From Thermoplasmata archaeon (GTDB lineage Archaea > Thermoplasmatota > SW-10-69-26 > JACQPN01 > JAJPHT01): 64,000 bases of DNA. The stretch is taken from contig JAXDQU010000021.1 of assembly GCA_034667685.1 (NCBI GenBank), positions 46,654 to 110,653 of the forward strand, read 5' to 3'. The position numbers and the translations under genes were made by a program. Below, in pieces: positions 9,591 through 18,414 of the stretch. The notes below the pieces were generated by a model. It worked only from the letters and a program-made list of their open reading frames with translations. It had not been told where the DNA came from and did not search any database. Position 1 is the first letter of the stretch. Every line of letters starts with the position of its first letter.

Positions 9591-9629
9591 GAGGCGGAGC
9601 TTATCCGACCTTCGGAGGATGTGCGCCAC

Positions 9630-10088
9630 ATGCCCCGCCCCGTGAACGTCAAGATCACGCGCGAGATCCCGATGCCGGTCCCGCAGGCCTTCGCGTGGCT
9701 CACCGACTTCCAGGACGATGACGCCCAGCGCGCCGGAGCGGTCGTCGCGCGCCGCAAGGTCGTCGAGCGCAGCGCGACCCGGAGCGTCTACGAAGGCGAG
9801 ACCGAGGTGCTGGGCCGCCGCAACCCCGCGACCACGGAGGTCCGGCTCCACCCGCCCGACGCCTGGGAGGCGCGCGTGGTCGCCGGCCCGCGCACGGGAA
9901 GCTGGACCACGTACAAGCTGACGCCCTCCGGGACCGGCTCGCGCCTCGCGCTGCACTACCGCTTCACGCACGAGAAGCCCATGACGCGCGTGCTGATGCG
10001 GCTGGTCAAGCCGAAGATCCGCGCCGAGCTGGTCAAGATGTGGGAAGGCTACGAGGCGGACATGCGGCGCGAGATCGCGAAGGCCTAA
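9630..10088 (+). CDS. SRPBCC (START-like) family protein
   Basis: About 150 aa; VPQAFAWLTDF pattern, beta strands and a C-terminal helix. Confidence 0.75.
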   Translation: MPRPVNVKITREIPMPVPQAFAWLTDFQDDDAQRAGAVVARRKVVERSATRSVYEGETEVLGRRNPATTEVRLHPPDAWEARVVAGPRTGSWTTYKLTPSGTGSRLALHYRFTHEKPMTRVLMRLVKPKIRAELVKMWEGYEADMRREIAKA

Positions 10089-10101
10089 GGTTCCCGGGGC
10101 G

Positions 10102-10788
10102 TCAGGTCCCGCGCGCGTGGCCCCGTGGGCCGGCGGCGGCGTCCGCGCCCTTCGCGTAGGCCGCGCGGCGCAGCCACGCGAGCGTCGCCACGGCCCACGC
10201 GACGAACACGAGCATGCCCAGGAGGCGCACGGCGCTGGGCAGCCCCAGCGTTCCCTCCAGGACGAGCGGCACGTGGGCGACGCCCGCCGCGACGCCAAGC
10301 CAACCCGCGACTCGCGCCTCGCGCGCCGCCAGGAGGGCGACGCCGAAGAGCAGCGCCGCGCCGCCTTCGAGCGCGTCGGCGCCGCTGTTGTAGAGCACGT
10401 CGTAGAGCCGGTACGTCGCCATGATGGGCGCGCCGGCCATCGCGGCGTCGACGAGCGGCGCGGTGAGCGCCGCGCACGCCACGAAGAGCGCGGCGAGGGC
10501 GAGGAAGAGGCCGAAGGCGAGCCGCGCCCAGGGCGCGCCCTCCGTCCCGGCAAGGCGCTCCGCGAGGGCCGCCGTGAACGCGGCGCCCAGGAGCGCGGCG
10601 GGGAATTGCCACATGGCCAGGGGCGCCAGCGCCGCGTGCGCGAAGTACGCGCGCACCGCCGGCTCGGGCGCGTTGGCCGCGAGCGGCTGGCCGGCGACGA
10701 GCGTCGCGCCAAGGATGCCGAATGAGATCACGGCGAGGAGCATGAGCACGCCGGAGACGAAGCCGAACCGCAGGAACGCGCGAGTCAT
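10102..10788 (-). CDS. membrane protein (DUF4386-like)
   Basis: Multiple TM segments from MTRAFLRFG; overlaps the stop of the upstream gene. Confidence 0.6.
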   Translation of the reverse strand: MTRAFLRFGFVSGVLMLLAVISFGILGATLVAGQPLAANAPEPAVRAYFAHAALAPLAMWQFPAALLGAAFTAALAERLAGTEGAPWARLAFGLFLALAALFVACAALTAPLVDAAMAGAPIMATYRLYDVLYNSGADALEGGAALLFGVALLAAREARVAGWLGVAAGVAHVPLVLEGTLGLPSAVRLLGMLVFVAWAVATLAWLRRAAYAKGADAAAGPRGHARGT

Positions 10789-11747
10789 CGCGCCCGACGA
10801 GCGCGCGACGGGGATATGCCGGCGCGCATCGGCGGGTTGTGACGGCGCGACACGTGCGCGGCCAGCCATGGCTCGTGCGCCTCGTTGTAAAGGACGTCGC
10901 GGTAGAGGAGCACCTCGACGCGCTCCACGCCGGGGCGTCCCTCGACGCTCGCGGCCGCGCGGTCCGCCTCGTCCAGGTTCTCGACGAGGATGGCGACGCC
11001 CGCGTTCACTCCGTTTCCCCACGGGCCGGCGAGGCGCTCGGGGAACGCCGCGGCCAGCGAGCCCGGACCGCGAGCGTCCCCGACGGCGAGACGCAGGTGC
11101 GCGACGATCGCGCCTTCGATGCGCGCGGGACGGAGGCGCGGGAACATCCCGCCCGCGCGCGCCTCGAAGAGGCGCTTGGCGCGCCGCTCCACCGTACGCG
11201 TGGTGGCGCCGGCCGCGCGCGCGATGCCGGCGAGGCTCGCGCCGGCCGGGGCGCGCAAGGCCAGCGCGATGCGCAGGTCCAGCGGCGTCGCCTCGATCGC
11301 GTCGGCCGGCGCCGGTGGGAAATCGGACGAGGTGAAGTGGCGCTCCAGGCGCGCGGCGCCGACCTCGCGCGCGAACCGCGCGGCGACGCCCTGGGCCGCC
11401 GCGTCGTCGGTCGTCCAGACGTGGAGGAACGCCCAGTCGAGGCCCACGACGGCGTTGGCGACCTCGGGGAACGAAGCAAGCCGGCTCTCCGTCTCGCGGC
11501 CCCGGAAGCCGGACACCATCCAGCCCGCGTGGACGAGGCCGACGAGGCGCGGCCAGGGCTCGAAGTACGCGCCTTCGAGCACGCCGCCTTTCCCCAGCGC
11601 GACCAGGCGCGCGCGGACCGTGTTCGGGTGCGCGCCCGTGCGCTTCGCCAGGTCGCGGACGGGGAGCCGCAGCGCGCCCTCGGGCTGGTTGCCCTGCCAG
11701 CGCAGCAGCTCGCGCAGCAGATGGCGGTCGATGGGCTTCAGGCGCAC
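10785..11747 (-). CDS. Lrp/AsnC-type regulator with two HTH modules
   Basis: IDRHLL..VRDLAKRTGAHPNTVRARL and LDLRIALAL..LAGIARAAGATTRTVERR. Confidence 0.75.
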   Translation of the reverse strand: MRLKPIDRHLLRELLRWQGNQPEGALRLPVRDLAKRTGAHPNTVRARLVALGKGGVLEGAYFEPWPRLVGLVHAGWMVSGFRGRETESRLASFPEVANAVVGLDWAFLHVWTTDDAAAQGVAARFAREVGAARLERHFTSSDFPPAPADAIEATPLDLRIALALRAPAGASLAGIARAAGATTRTVERRAKRLFEARAGGMFPRLRPARIEGAIVAHLRLAVGDARGPGSLAAAFPERLAGPWGNGVNAGVAILVENLDEADRAAASVEGRPGVERVEVLLYRDVLYNEAHEPWLAAHVSRRHNPPMRAGISPSRARRAR

Positions 11748-11769
11748 CGGCTTGCACCGGCGCCGGGAG

Positions 11770-11778
11770 CCTTTAAGG
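11770..11778 (+). promoter_or_regulatory. TATA-like box of asnS (leaderless-type spacing)
   Basis: CCTTTAAGG about 25-30 nt before GTG 11802; similar boxes precede starts at 9630, 31233, 32454, 58337 and, on the minus strand, 26946, 8059 and 57677. Confidence 0.6.
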
Positions 11779-11801
11779 CCGAAGGCTCGTGTCCTGCCCC
11801 C

Positions 11802-13163
11802 GTGAGCCCGCCCTTCGTCTCGATCCGCAGCATCCTCGCCGGCCAGCACACGGGCCAGAAGGTGCACCTGCGCGGCTGGATCCACCGCTACCGCACGAGC
11901 GGCAAGATCGTCTTCGCCACGCTGCGCGACGCGACGGGCACGATCCAGACGACGACGAAGAAGGGAGTCGCGGACGATGCGTCATTCGAGGAAGCGCTGA
12001 AGGGCAGCATCGAGGCCTCGGTCGAGCTGGTCGGCACGGTCAAGGCGGACGAGCGCGCGCCGGGCGGCTTCGAGCTGGGCGTCGACCAGTTCCACCTCGT
12101 GGGCGCCTCGCACGACTTCCCCATCTACGAGAGCACGGTGGACGCCGACGCGCAGGAGACGCTGCTCGACAAGCGCCACCTGTTCCTGCGCAGCCGCCAC
12201 CTGACGAACGCCATGATCCTGCGCGCCAAGACGCTCAAGGCGTTCCGCGAGTGGTTCGACGAGCACGGCTTCTACGAGACCACGCCCAGCGTCATCACGA
12301 CGAACAACTGCGAGGGGGGCAGCGAGGTCTTCGAGTTCGACTACTTCGGCCAGAAGGCGTTCCTCTCGCAGTCCTCGCAGCTCTACCTGGAGGCGCTCAT
12401 CTACGGCATGGAGCGCGTCTACTGCCTGCTGCCCAGCTTCCGCGCCGAGAAGAGCCGCACCCGGAAGCACTTGACCGAGTTCCAGCACCTCGAGGCCGAG
12501 GAGGCGTGGATGGACAACAAGGGCAACATGGAGATCCAGGAGCAGCTCGTCTCCTACGTCGCGCGCCGCGTCGCCGACACCGCGCAGGAGCAGCTCGTCG
12601 CGCTGGGCCGCGAGCCGGCCGACCTGAAGAAGGTCACGACGCCGTTCAAGCGCTACACGTACGACGAGGCGATCCAGATCCTCCGCAAGAAGGACTACGA
12701 CCGCGGCCGCGACGCCAAGGGGCGCCGCCGCGAGGGCATCGAGTGGGGCGAGGACCTGGGCGCGCCCGACGAGCGCGCGCTGGTCGAGGGCGAGGAGAAG
12801 CCCGTCTTCGTCATGAACTGGCCCGCCGACATGAAGGCGTTCTACATGCACGACAACGGCGACGGCACGGTCGCCAACGCCGACCTCATCGCGCCCGAAG
12901 GCTACGGCGAGATCATCGGCGGCTCGCAGCGCAGCACGGACGTCGCGTGGATGGAGCAGCGCCTCGTCGCCCAGGCGAAGCGCGACGGCACGCCGCTTGA
13001 TCTCAAGGCCTACGAGTGGTACTTCGACCTGCGGCGCTACGGCAGCGTGCCGCACGCGGGCTTCGGCCTTGGCACCGAGCGCGTGACGACGTGGCTCGGG
13101 AAGCTGGAGCACATCCGGGACGCGACGCCCTTCCCGCGCACGCCGAGCCGGGCGTACCCGTAG
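11802..13163 (+). CDS. asnS: asparagine--tRNA ligase
   Basis: OB fold, CEGG, LSQSSQLYLE, FRAEKSRTRKHLTEF, EIIGGSQR, RRYGSVPHAGFGLG. Confidence 0.93.
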   Translation: MSPPFVSIRSILAGQHTGQKVHLRGWIHRYRTSGKIVFATLRDATGTIQTTTKKGVADDASFEEALKGSIEASVELVGTVKADERAPGGFELGVDQFHLVGASHDFPIYESTVDADAQETLLDKRHLFLRSRHLTNAMILRAKTLKAFREWFDEHGFYETTPSVITTNNCEGGSEVFEFDYFGQKAFLSQSSQLYLEALIYGMERVYCLLPSFRAEKSRTRKHLTEFQHLEAEEAWMDNKGNMEIQEQLVSYVARRVADTAQEQLVALGREPADLKKVTTPFKRYTYDEAIQILRKKDYDRGRDAKGRRREGIEWGEDLGAPDERALVEGEEKPVFVMNWPADMKAFYMHDNGDGTVANADLIAPEGYGEIIGGSQRSTDVAWMEQRLVAQAKRDGTPLDLKAYEWYFDLRRYGSVPHAGFGLGTERVTTWLGKLEHIRDATPFPRTPSRAYP

Positions 13164-13190
13164 TCGGATCGTCCCAGCGGCGCGCTGCGC

Positions 13191-13273
13191 GGCCGTTCCC
13201 GAGGCACCCGAGTCAACCCGAGGTGGGGAAGGCGCGGGTCCCCTCGGGTGCCACGGGCGCCTCGGGGTCGGCC
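13191..13273. repeat. palindromic element with CCCGAGG units between convergent genes
   Basis: GGCCG..CCCGAGGCACCCGAG..CCCGAGG / CCTCGGGTGCC..CCTCGGGG..CGGCC. Confidence 0.65.
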
Positions 13274-13287
13274 CGCCGCAGGCGCGG

Positions 13288-14163
13288 TCACTTCGCGAGG
13301 AGTTTCGCGAGCTTGTCGAAGCCTTGGCCCCACCCGACGGTCGCCATCTGGTGGTACTCGGGCGGCACGCCGGTCACCTCGACGATGAGGCGCGTGCGCT
13401 TGCCCTCGGGCACGATGCGCACGTCGAGCAGGAACGACTTGTCGGGGCTGCCGGTAACAAGGTGCGTGGGCGGCGCGAGGACGTGGAAGACGCCCTCCTG
13501 CGGGTTGCGGTTGCCGCCGGGCTGCGGCATGTCGAAGCGCACGCGGCCGCCCACGCGGACGTCGTACTCGTGGATCACGAGGTCCATGCCGGGCGCGGGG
13601 TTGAACCACTTCGCGTACTGCGCGGGATCGACCCACGCGTCCCAAAGCTCCTGCGGCGTCGCGTCGAACGCGCGCTCCAGGCGTAGCGCCTTGGCGTGCG
13701 GCTTGCGCTCCACGAGGCGCGCGATCTTGTCGGAGGCGGCCGTGAAGCCCTGCCTGGCCATGTCGAGCGGCACCGCGGCGGGCAGGCCGGTCTGCGTGAG
13801 CGTCATCTTCGTGCTGGGGCCGACGGCCTCCAGCCTCACCGTGATCGTCATCGGGTGGTCCGCGAAGACGTCGCTGCGCCCCTTGTTGTCCTGGTACTGC
13901 ACCAGCTCGCGCGGAGGGTCGAGCTTGACGAACCAGAGCGTCTCCTCCGGGAGGGGCGTGCCGTCGGGCGCGTACATGGTGAAGCGGACCTTGCCGCCCA
14001 CGCGCGCGTCGAGCTCGTGCACCTTCGCCTCGCCGAACGGGTTGATCCACTGCGCGAACGCCTCGGCGCGCGTGAACGCGTCCCAGACCTGCTGGGGCGT
14101 GGCGTCGAAGACGCGTTCGAGGTGGAGCGTCTGGCTTCCGGGTCGGGGTTGCGCGATCTGCAT
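13288..14163 (-). CDS. tandem SRPBCC/AHSA1 domain protein
   Basis: Two repeats of LERVFDATPQ.VWDA..W..DARVGG. Confidence 0.9.
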   Translation of the reverse strand: MQIAQPRPGSQTLHLERVFDATPQQVWDAFTRAEAFAQWINPFGEAKVHELDARVGGKVRFTMYAPDGTPLPEETLWFVKLDPPRELVQYQDNKGRSDVFADHPMTITVRLEAVGPSTKMTLTQTGLPAAVPLDMARQGFTAASDKIARLVERKPHAKALRLERAFDATPQELWDAWVDPAQYAKWFNPAPGMDLVIHEYDVRVGGRVRFDMPQPGGNRNPQEGVFHVLAPPTHLVTGSPDKSFLLDVRIVPEGKRTRLIVEVTGVPPEYHQMATVGWGQGFDKLAKLLAK

Positions 14164-14164
14164 G

Positions 14165-14482
14165 TCACTTCACGTTCCTTCTCTGCTTCTCGAGGTGGGC
14201 CGCGAGCTTGTCGAAGCGCGCGTCCCAGATTGCGCGGTAGTCGTCCATCCAGTCCACCAGCTCGCGGAACGGCTCGGGCCGCAGGGCGTAGTAGCGCCGC
14301 TGCGCCTCCTGCCGCACGCTCACGAACCCGGCCTCGTGCAGGATGCGGAGCTGCTTGGAGACGCCCGGCTGGTTGATGTCGACCTCGTCGACGAGGTCGT
14401 TGACGGAGCGTTCCCCGTCGCGCATCGCCCGGATCAGGCGCCTGCGGGTCGGGTCCGCCAGGATCTCGAAGAGATCGGCCAC
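14165..14482 (-). CDS. ArsR/SmtB family regulator
   Basis: FEILADPTRRRLI..SVNDL..QPGVSKQLRILHEAGFV. Confidence 0.93.
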   Translation of the reverse strand: MADLFEILADPTRRRLIRAMRDGERSVNDLVDEVDINQPGVSKQLRILHEAGFVSVRQEAQRRYYALRPEPFRELVDWMDDYRAIWDARFDKLAAHLEKQRRNVK

Positions 14483-14500
14483 AGCCCCCTATTATCGCTC

Positions 14501-14531
14501 ATCAGGCATATTCCTTTCGAGCAATACTGAT
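14501..14531. promoter_or_regulatory. putative ArsR operator
   Basis: Imperfect AT-rich palindrome ATCAG-GCATATTCC-TTTCGA-GCAATA-CTGAT just upstream of the ArsR gene. Confidence 0.5.
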
Positions 14532-17212
14532 CAGGCGAGCCGCACCGCGACGTTCCCGCCGTGCAGCACCGCGTCGTCGGGGACGTCCACGAGCGCCTGG
14601 TGGCCCCCGCCGGCGTCCACGAGCACCTGCGAGGTGGGCACGACGATCGTGTTCGTGCCGCCGTGCTTCGCGTCGAGGAAGCCCACCGTGCCGTAGGGGA
14701 ACACGAGGTCGAACGCGCCGTCGGGGCCCGCCGTGGTCGAGACGTGCGCCTGGAAGGGGCGCGTGACGTTGCCCGGCTGGCGCACCTGGAGGTTGATCGC
14801 GGCCGTGACGCGCGCGCCCGGCGTCGCCGTGCCGGTGAGGTGCGCGCCCGCCACGCGCTCGAAGAGCTTCAGGCGCGACTGCACGTTGAGGTCGTAGGCG
14901 TTGGTGTCGGAGGCGACGCTGAGCACCGTGCCGGGCTGATAGCGCGACGCGGCGACGGGATCGATGTTCACGGGGCAGCTCCCACTCCGCACGATGTCGT
15001 GGAAGCAGCGCACCTGGCCGTTCTGGTCCACCACGTCGCCCATGAGGTTGTAGCCCGGGTCCTCCCAGACGAGGCGGTAGTGCGAGAGGTCCGCGCCGTC
15101 CTGGTCGTAGAGCCGGCCCATCATGCTCTCGGTGTACTCGGGGCCGGGCGTGTAGAGCTGTTTGCTGGTGCCATCCGCCATCTGATAGCTTTTCTGCGTG
15201 ACGAACCCGCCGTCGGCCCACTGGTCGCGGCTCGCGTTGTTCGTGTGGGCCCAGACGGTGATCGCGCCGAACTTGCCGGTCGCCATCTCGTCGTCGATGA
15301 ACACGTAGCGCACGGGCGGCTTGCCCTGCTCCCAGTCGGTGAGCAGCTTCTCGGCCTGCGCGGGGTCGCGCTCGGTGAACCAGATGGACGCGAAGGGCGC
15401 GGCCTGCTGGAAGGGGTTCGCGACGGGCGGGCGCTCGGCGAGCGTCTCGATCCAGAAGCCGTAGTCCCACCATGATAGCACGCCGTAGGCGTTGGGTGGA
15501 TAGTCGGGCAGCGCGCCCAGGGGCGGCGTCGGGTAGACCTTGCCCAGGTCGACGCCAGCATCGGGCGTGTTGTCGCGCATCCATTCGAGCGCGGGCTGCC
15601 ACTTCCACAGGTCGCCCGGGCTCGCGGCGGCCGCCGCCACCTGCCAGCCGGGCACCGCGCCGTTGGAGGCGAACACGTTGCCCGGAAGCACGAGAAGGAG
15701 CACCGCGGCGACGCAGAGGGCGCGCAGGGGCGTCACGCCGGTGCTGCGCGCGCTGGCCGCCTTGGCCTTGCGTCCGCGCGCGGGCTTGCCGGCCGCCTTC
15801 GTGGCCGCCTCGTCCTCGGACGGCGTCAGGCCCACGGCCTCGCCGATGCGCGCGGCGAGCCAGCCGGTGAGCAGCGCGAGGCTGATGGCGAGGTAGTGCG
15901 CGAAGTGCGCCTGCGTCGCGGTGGCCTGGAAGATGAGCGCGCTCCAGACGAGGAGCAGCACGTCGGCCGGCCGCCGCTTCCAGAGGGTCCAGAGCAGGAG
16001 CAGCGCGAGGATGACCACGCCCAGGTACGTGAGCGGGCCGTAGTTCGCCGCGAGGCAGCTCTGGGTCCGCGTCGGGTCGCAGAAGAACTCCGCGCTGCGC
16101 GCCTCGCTGATGGTGAGCGTCGTGCGCGTCACGCCGATGCCGGAGACCCAGCTCAAGCCCCAGCGGATGCTGCCCAGGAAGTTCGAGGGGATCGTGAAGA
16201 TCGCGACGACGGCCGCCACGAAGATGCCGGCGAATCCGGCGGGGACGGCCCAGCGCGGCCAGCCCGCGTCGCGCGCGCGCCGCGAGGCGACGTAGATCAC
16301 CAGGACGCCGATCGCGCTCGCGAAGCACGCCAGCGGGTGGAGGATGCCGTACGTCGTGAACTCGCCCAGGTACGTCGACTCGATGACGGGGACCATCAGC
16401 GCGCCGGTGATCGCGAGCACGAGCGCGCCGCCCGCGGCGTAGCCCAGCGCGTCCTGCCCCTGCGCCTCCTTGAGCAGCACGACGACGCCCAGCCAGACCG
16501 CGGCGATGGCGACGAAGAGGATGCCCGGGGGCCACACGTAGAGGTTCGCCGCGAACGCGACGCCGCCCACGAGCGTCCAGAGCAGCGGCAGGCGCAGCGC
16601 GCGCCAGTCGCGGGCCCGCAGCGCGTCGCGCGCGGCGTGCATGCGCTCGACGGCGATGAGGAGGCCGAGCATGGCGAGGATCGCGGCGAGGTCCTGCGGG
16701 CCGTCGTGGTCGGTCGAGCCGATGATGCTGCGGTAGAGGAAGTCGCCCGGCAGGACCGCGAGCGTCAGCGTGGCGACGATGGCGCCGGGCCGTCCCATCA
16801 GGCGGCGCGCCAGGTAGTAGAACGGGATGATGAGCAGCGAGCCGATGATCGGCGGCGCCCACGCCAGGTCGCGCGCGATGATCAAGTCGGGCGCGCCCTT
16901 CCCGCCGTCGAAGAGCACGACGAACGCCGCCACGAGCCAGTCGTAGAGCGTGCCGAACTGCCCGGTGGTCGTGCCGTGCGGGTAGAACGTCCACGGGTCG
17001 AAGCGCGGGATCGCGGGGAACGCGCGCACGGCGCCCACCGTCTCGCGGAAGTGGTAGATGTCGTCCGGGTCCTGGCCCAGCGGGATGCCCCCGCCGCTGA
17101 ACAGGATGTCATGGCCCAGCGTGCGGATCCAGAGCATGAAGAGCGCCAGGACGACCAGCAGCGGGATCTCCCAGACGATCGGTCGGCGCAGCCACGCGGG
17201 GGCCTCGGCCAT
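14531..17212 (-). CDS. aglB: oligosaccharyltransferase AglB (STT3 family)
   Basis: QDPDDIYHFR, DHD, TISE, WWDYG and ANPFQQ motifs; many TM helices. Confidence 0.93.
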   Translation of the reverse strand: MAEAPAWLRRPIVWEIPLLVVLALFMLWIRTLGHDILFSGGGIPLGQDPDDIYHFRETVGAVRAFPAIPRFDPWTFYPHGTTTGQFGTLYDWLVAAFVVLFDGGKGAPDLIIARDLAWAPPIIGSLLIIPFYYLARRLMGRPGAIVATLTLAVLPGDFLYRSIIGSTDHDGPQDLAAILAMLGLLIAVERMHAARDALRARDWRALRLPLLWTLVGGVAFAANLYVWPPGILFVAIAAVWLGVVVLLKEAQGQDALGYAAGGALVLAITGALMVPVIESTYLGEFTTYGILHPLACFASAIGVLVIYVASRRARDAGWPRWAVPAGFAGIFVAAVVAIFTIPSNFLGSIRWGLSWVSGIGVTRTTLTISEARSAEFFCDPTRTQSCLAANYGPLTYLGVVILALLLLWTLWKRRPADVLLLVWSALIFQATATQAHFAHYLAISLALLTGWLAARIGEAVGLTPSEDEAATKAAGKPARGRKAKAASARSTGVTPLRALCVAAVLLLVLPGNVFASNGAVPGWQVAAAAASPGDLWKWQPALEWMRDNTPDAGVDLGKVYPTPPLGALPDYPPNAYGVLSWWDYGFWIETLAERPPVANPFQQAAPFASIWFTERDPAQAEKLLTDWEQGKPPVRYVFIDDEMATGKFGAITVWAHTNNASRDQWADGGFVTQKSYQMADGTSKQLYTPGPEYTESMMGRLYDQDGADLSHYRLVWEDPGYNLMGDVVDQNGQVRCFHDIVRSGSCPVNIDPVAASRYQPGTVLSVASDTNAYDLNVQSRLKLFERVAGAHLTGTATPGARVTAAINLQVRQPGNVTRPFQAHVSTTAGPDGAFDLVFPYGTVGFLDAKHGGTNTIVVPTSQVLVDAGGGHQALVDVPDDAVLHGGNVAVRLA

Positions 17213-17258
17213 CGCGCGGCGACCCGCCCCGGGCCGTTTCAGGGTTTCCGTTGAGATT

Positions 17259-17499
17259 CCCGAGCCCTCTTCGAGCCCAAGCCTCAGCCTCAGCCTCAGC
17301 CTCAGCCTCAGCCTCAGCCTCAGCCTCCATCCTTTCAGCCACAGAGGACACAGAGGTCACGGAGGAACGAGAAAAAAAAATCGCCTCTGTGACCTCTGTG
17401 TCCTCTGTGGCTGGAGGAGTCAGGGCAACAGGCTAGGGCTGAGGCTGAGGCTGAGGCTGAAGGCTCGGGCTAAGGCTAAGGCGGAGGCTGGGGCTCGGG
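17259..17499. repeat. nested element: family B arms with (AGCCTC)n/(GAGGCT)n around a family A copy
   Basis: CGAGCCCTCTTCGAGCCC plus about 8 AGCCTC units, family A at 17336-17413, then GAGGCT-like units ending GGGCTCGGG. Confidence 0.85.
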
Positions 17500-17504
17500 T
17501 GCGC

Positions 17505-18059
17505 ATGGACGAGGGCCTGCTCGCCTTCCTGCTGCGCGCCGAGGGGATCAAGGACCGGCCGCGCCGCGGTTGGCTGCGGGCCGGCGTCGCGCGCCCCGAG
17601 AGCGTGGCGGACCATGCGTGGGGCGTCGCGATGCTGGCGCTCCTGGCGCCCGCGCCGGGCGTCGACCGCGCGCGGGCCGTGGAGCTGGCGCTGCTGCACG
17701 ACGTCTGCGAGGCGGCGGTGGGCGACCTGGTGCCGGGCGAGTACGCGAGCCGCGAGGCGAAGCTGGCGGTGGAGCGCGCTGGTCTGGAGGAGATGCTGCG
17801 CGGAGCGCCTTCGGCCCTCCGTGCGCGGGTCCTCGATGCGTTCGATGAGCTGGCGCGCGACGCGACGCCCGAGGCGCGCTTCGTCCACGCGATGGACAAG
17901 GTGGAGATGGCGCTCCAGGCGCGGCGCTACGAGGATCGCGGCGTCGCGTCCGACGCGCTCGCATCCTTCCGGGCGAGCGCCCGCGCCAGCGCGCCCGGGC
18001 ACGCCGAGGCGCTCGACGCGCTCGTCCGAGGATCCGGCCAGAAGGCCGACCTACCATGA
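17505..18059 (+). CDS. HD domain 5'-deoxynucleotidase-like protein (HDDC2/YfbR family)
   Basis: K..PRRGW..PESVADH..LLHDVCEA..GD; EARFV..MDKVEM. Confidence 0.9.
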   Translation: MDEGLLAFLLRAEGIKDRPRRGWLRAGVARPESVADHAWGVAMLALLAPAPGVDRARAVELALLHDVCEAAVGDLVPGEYASREAKLAVERAGLEEMLRGAPSALRARVLDAFDELARDATPEARFVHAMDKVEMALQARRYEDRGVASDALASFRASARASAPGHAEALDALVRGSGQKADLP

Positions 18060-18244
18060 GCGGCCCCCGGGGGCGCATGACCGAGCGCGAGAGCAAGAGC
18101 GGCTACGGCGAGAAGGGGCGCGACTTCCTGGAGAAGGAGATCAAGCACCACGTCGAGGACAAGGGCATGCCCCAGGACCAGGCCGTCGCTGCGGCGATGA
18201 GCGAGGCCCGCAAGAAGGGGTACAAGGTCCCGGACGAGAAGTAG
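18056..18244 (+). CDS. small basic protein (DUF6496-like)
   Basis: QAVAAAMSEARKKGYKVP motif; normal codon usage. Confidence 0.6.
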   Translation: MSGPRGRMTERESKSGYGEKGRDFLEKEIKHHVEDKGMPQDQAVAAAMSEARKKGYKVPDEK

Positions 18245-18414
18245 ACCGCTTTCGGTGGGCCCGAAGGGTCCTGCTGCCGCCGCCTGGAGCGTGAGGCGCT
18301 GAAGCTCACGCCCGAGGGCGGCCACGTCACGCTCCGCGCGCCAGGACGGGGAGGGCGCCCTTCCCGCAAGACGCGGCCGAATGGCTCATGGGGCCCCCGC
18401 CCGATCCGCGCCGC

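Noticed and set aside
12695-12740. Short insertion in AsnRS (DYDRGRDAKGRRREG) as a palindromic element
   Set aside because: Only weak GC pairing, which is expected by chance at this composition
11802-13163. AspRS assignment
   Set aside because: The EIIGGSQR and RRYGSVPH motifs fit AsnRS better
17058-17504. N-terminal SLSLSL/LRLRL extension of the HD protein
   Set aside because: It is a translation of the intergenic repeat; family similarity begins at ATG 17505
18244-18340. Hairpins between the small gene and the aminotransferase as a riboswitch
   Set aside because: No recognisable aptamer consensus and a single copy; it could be a terminator
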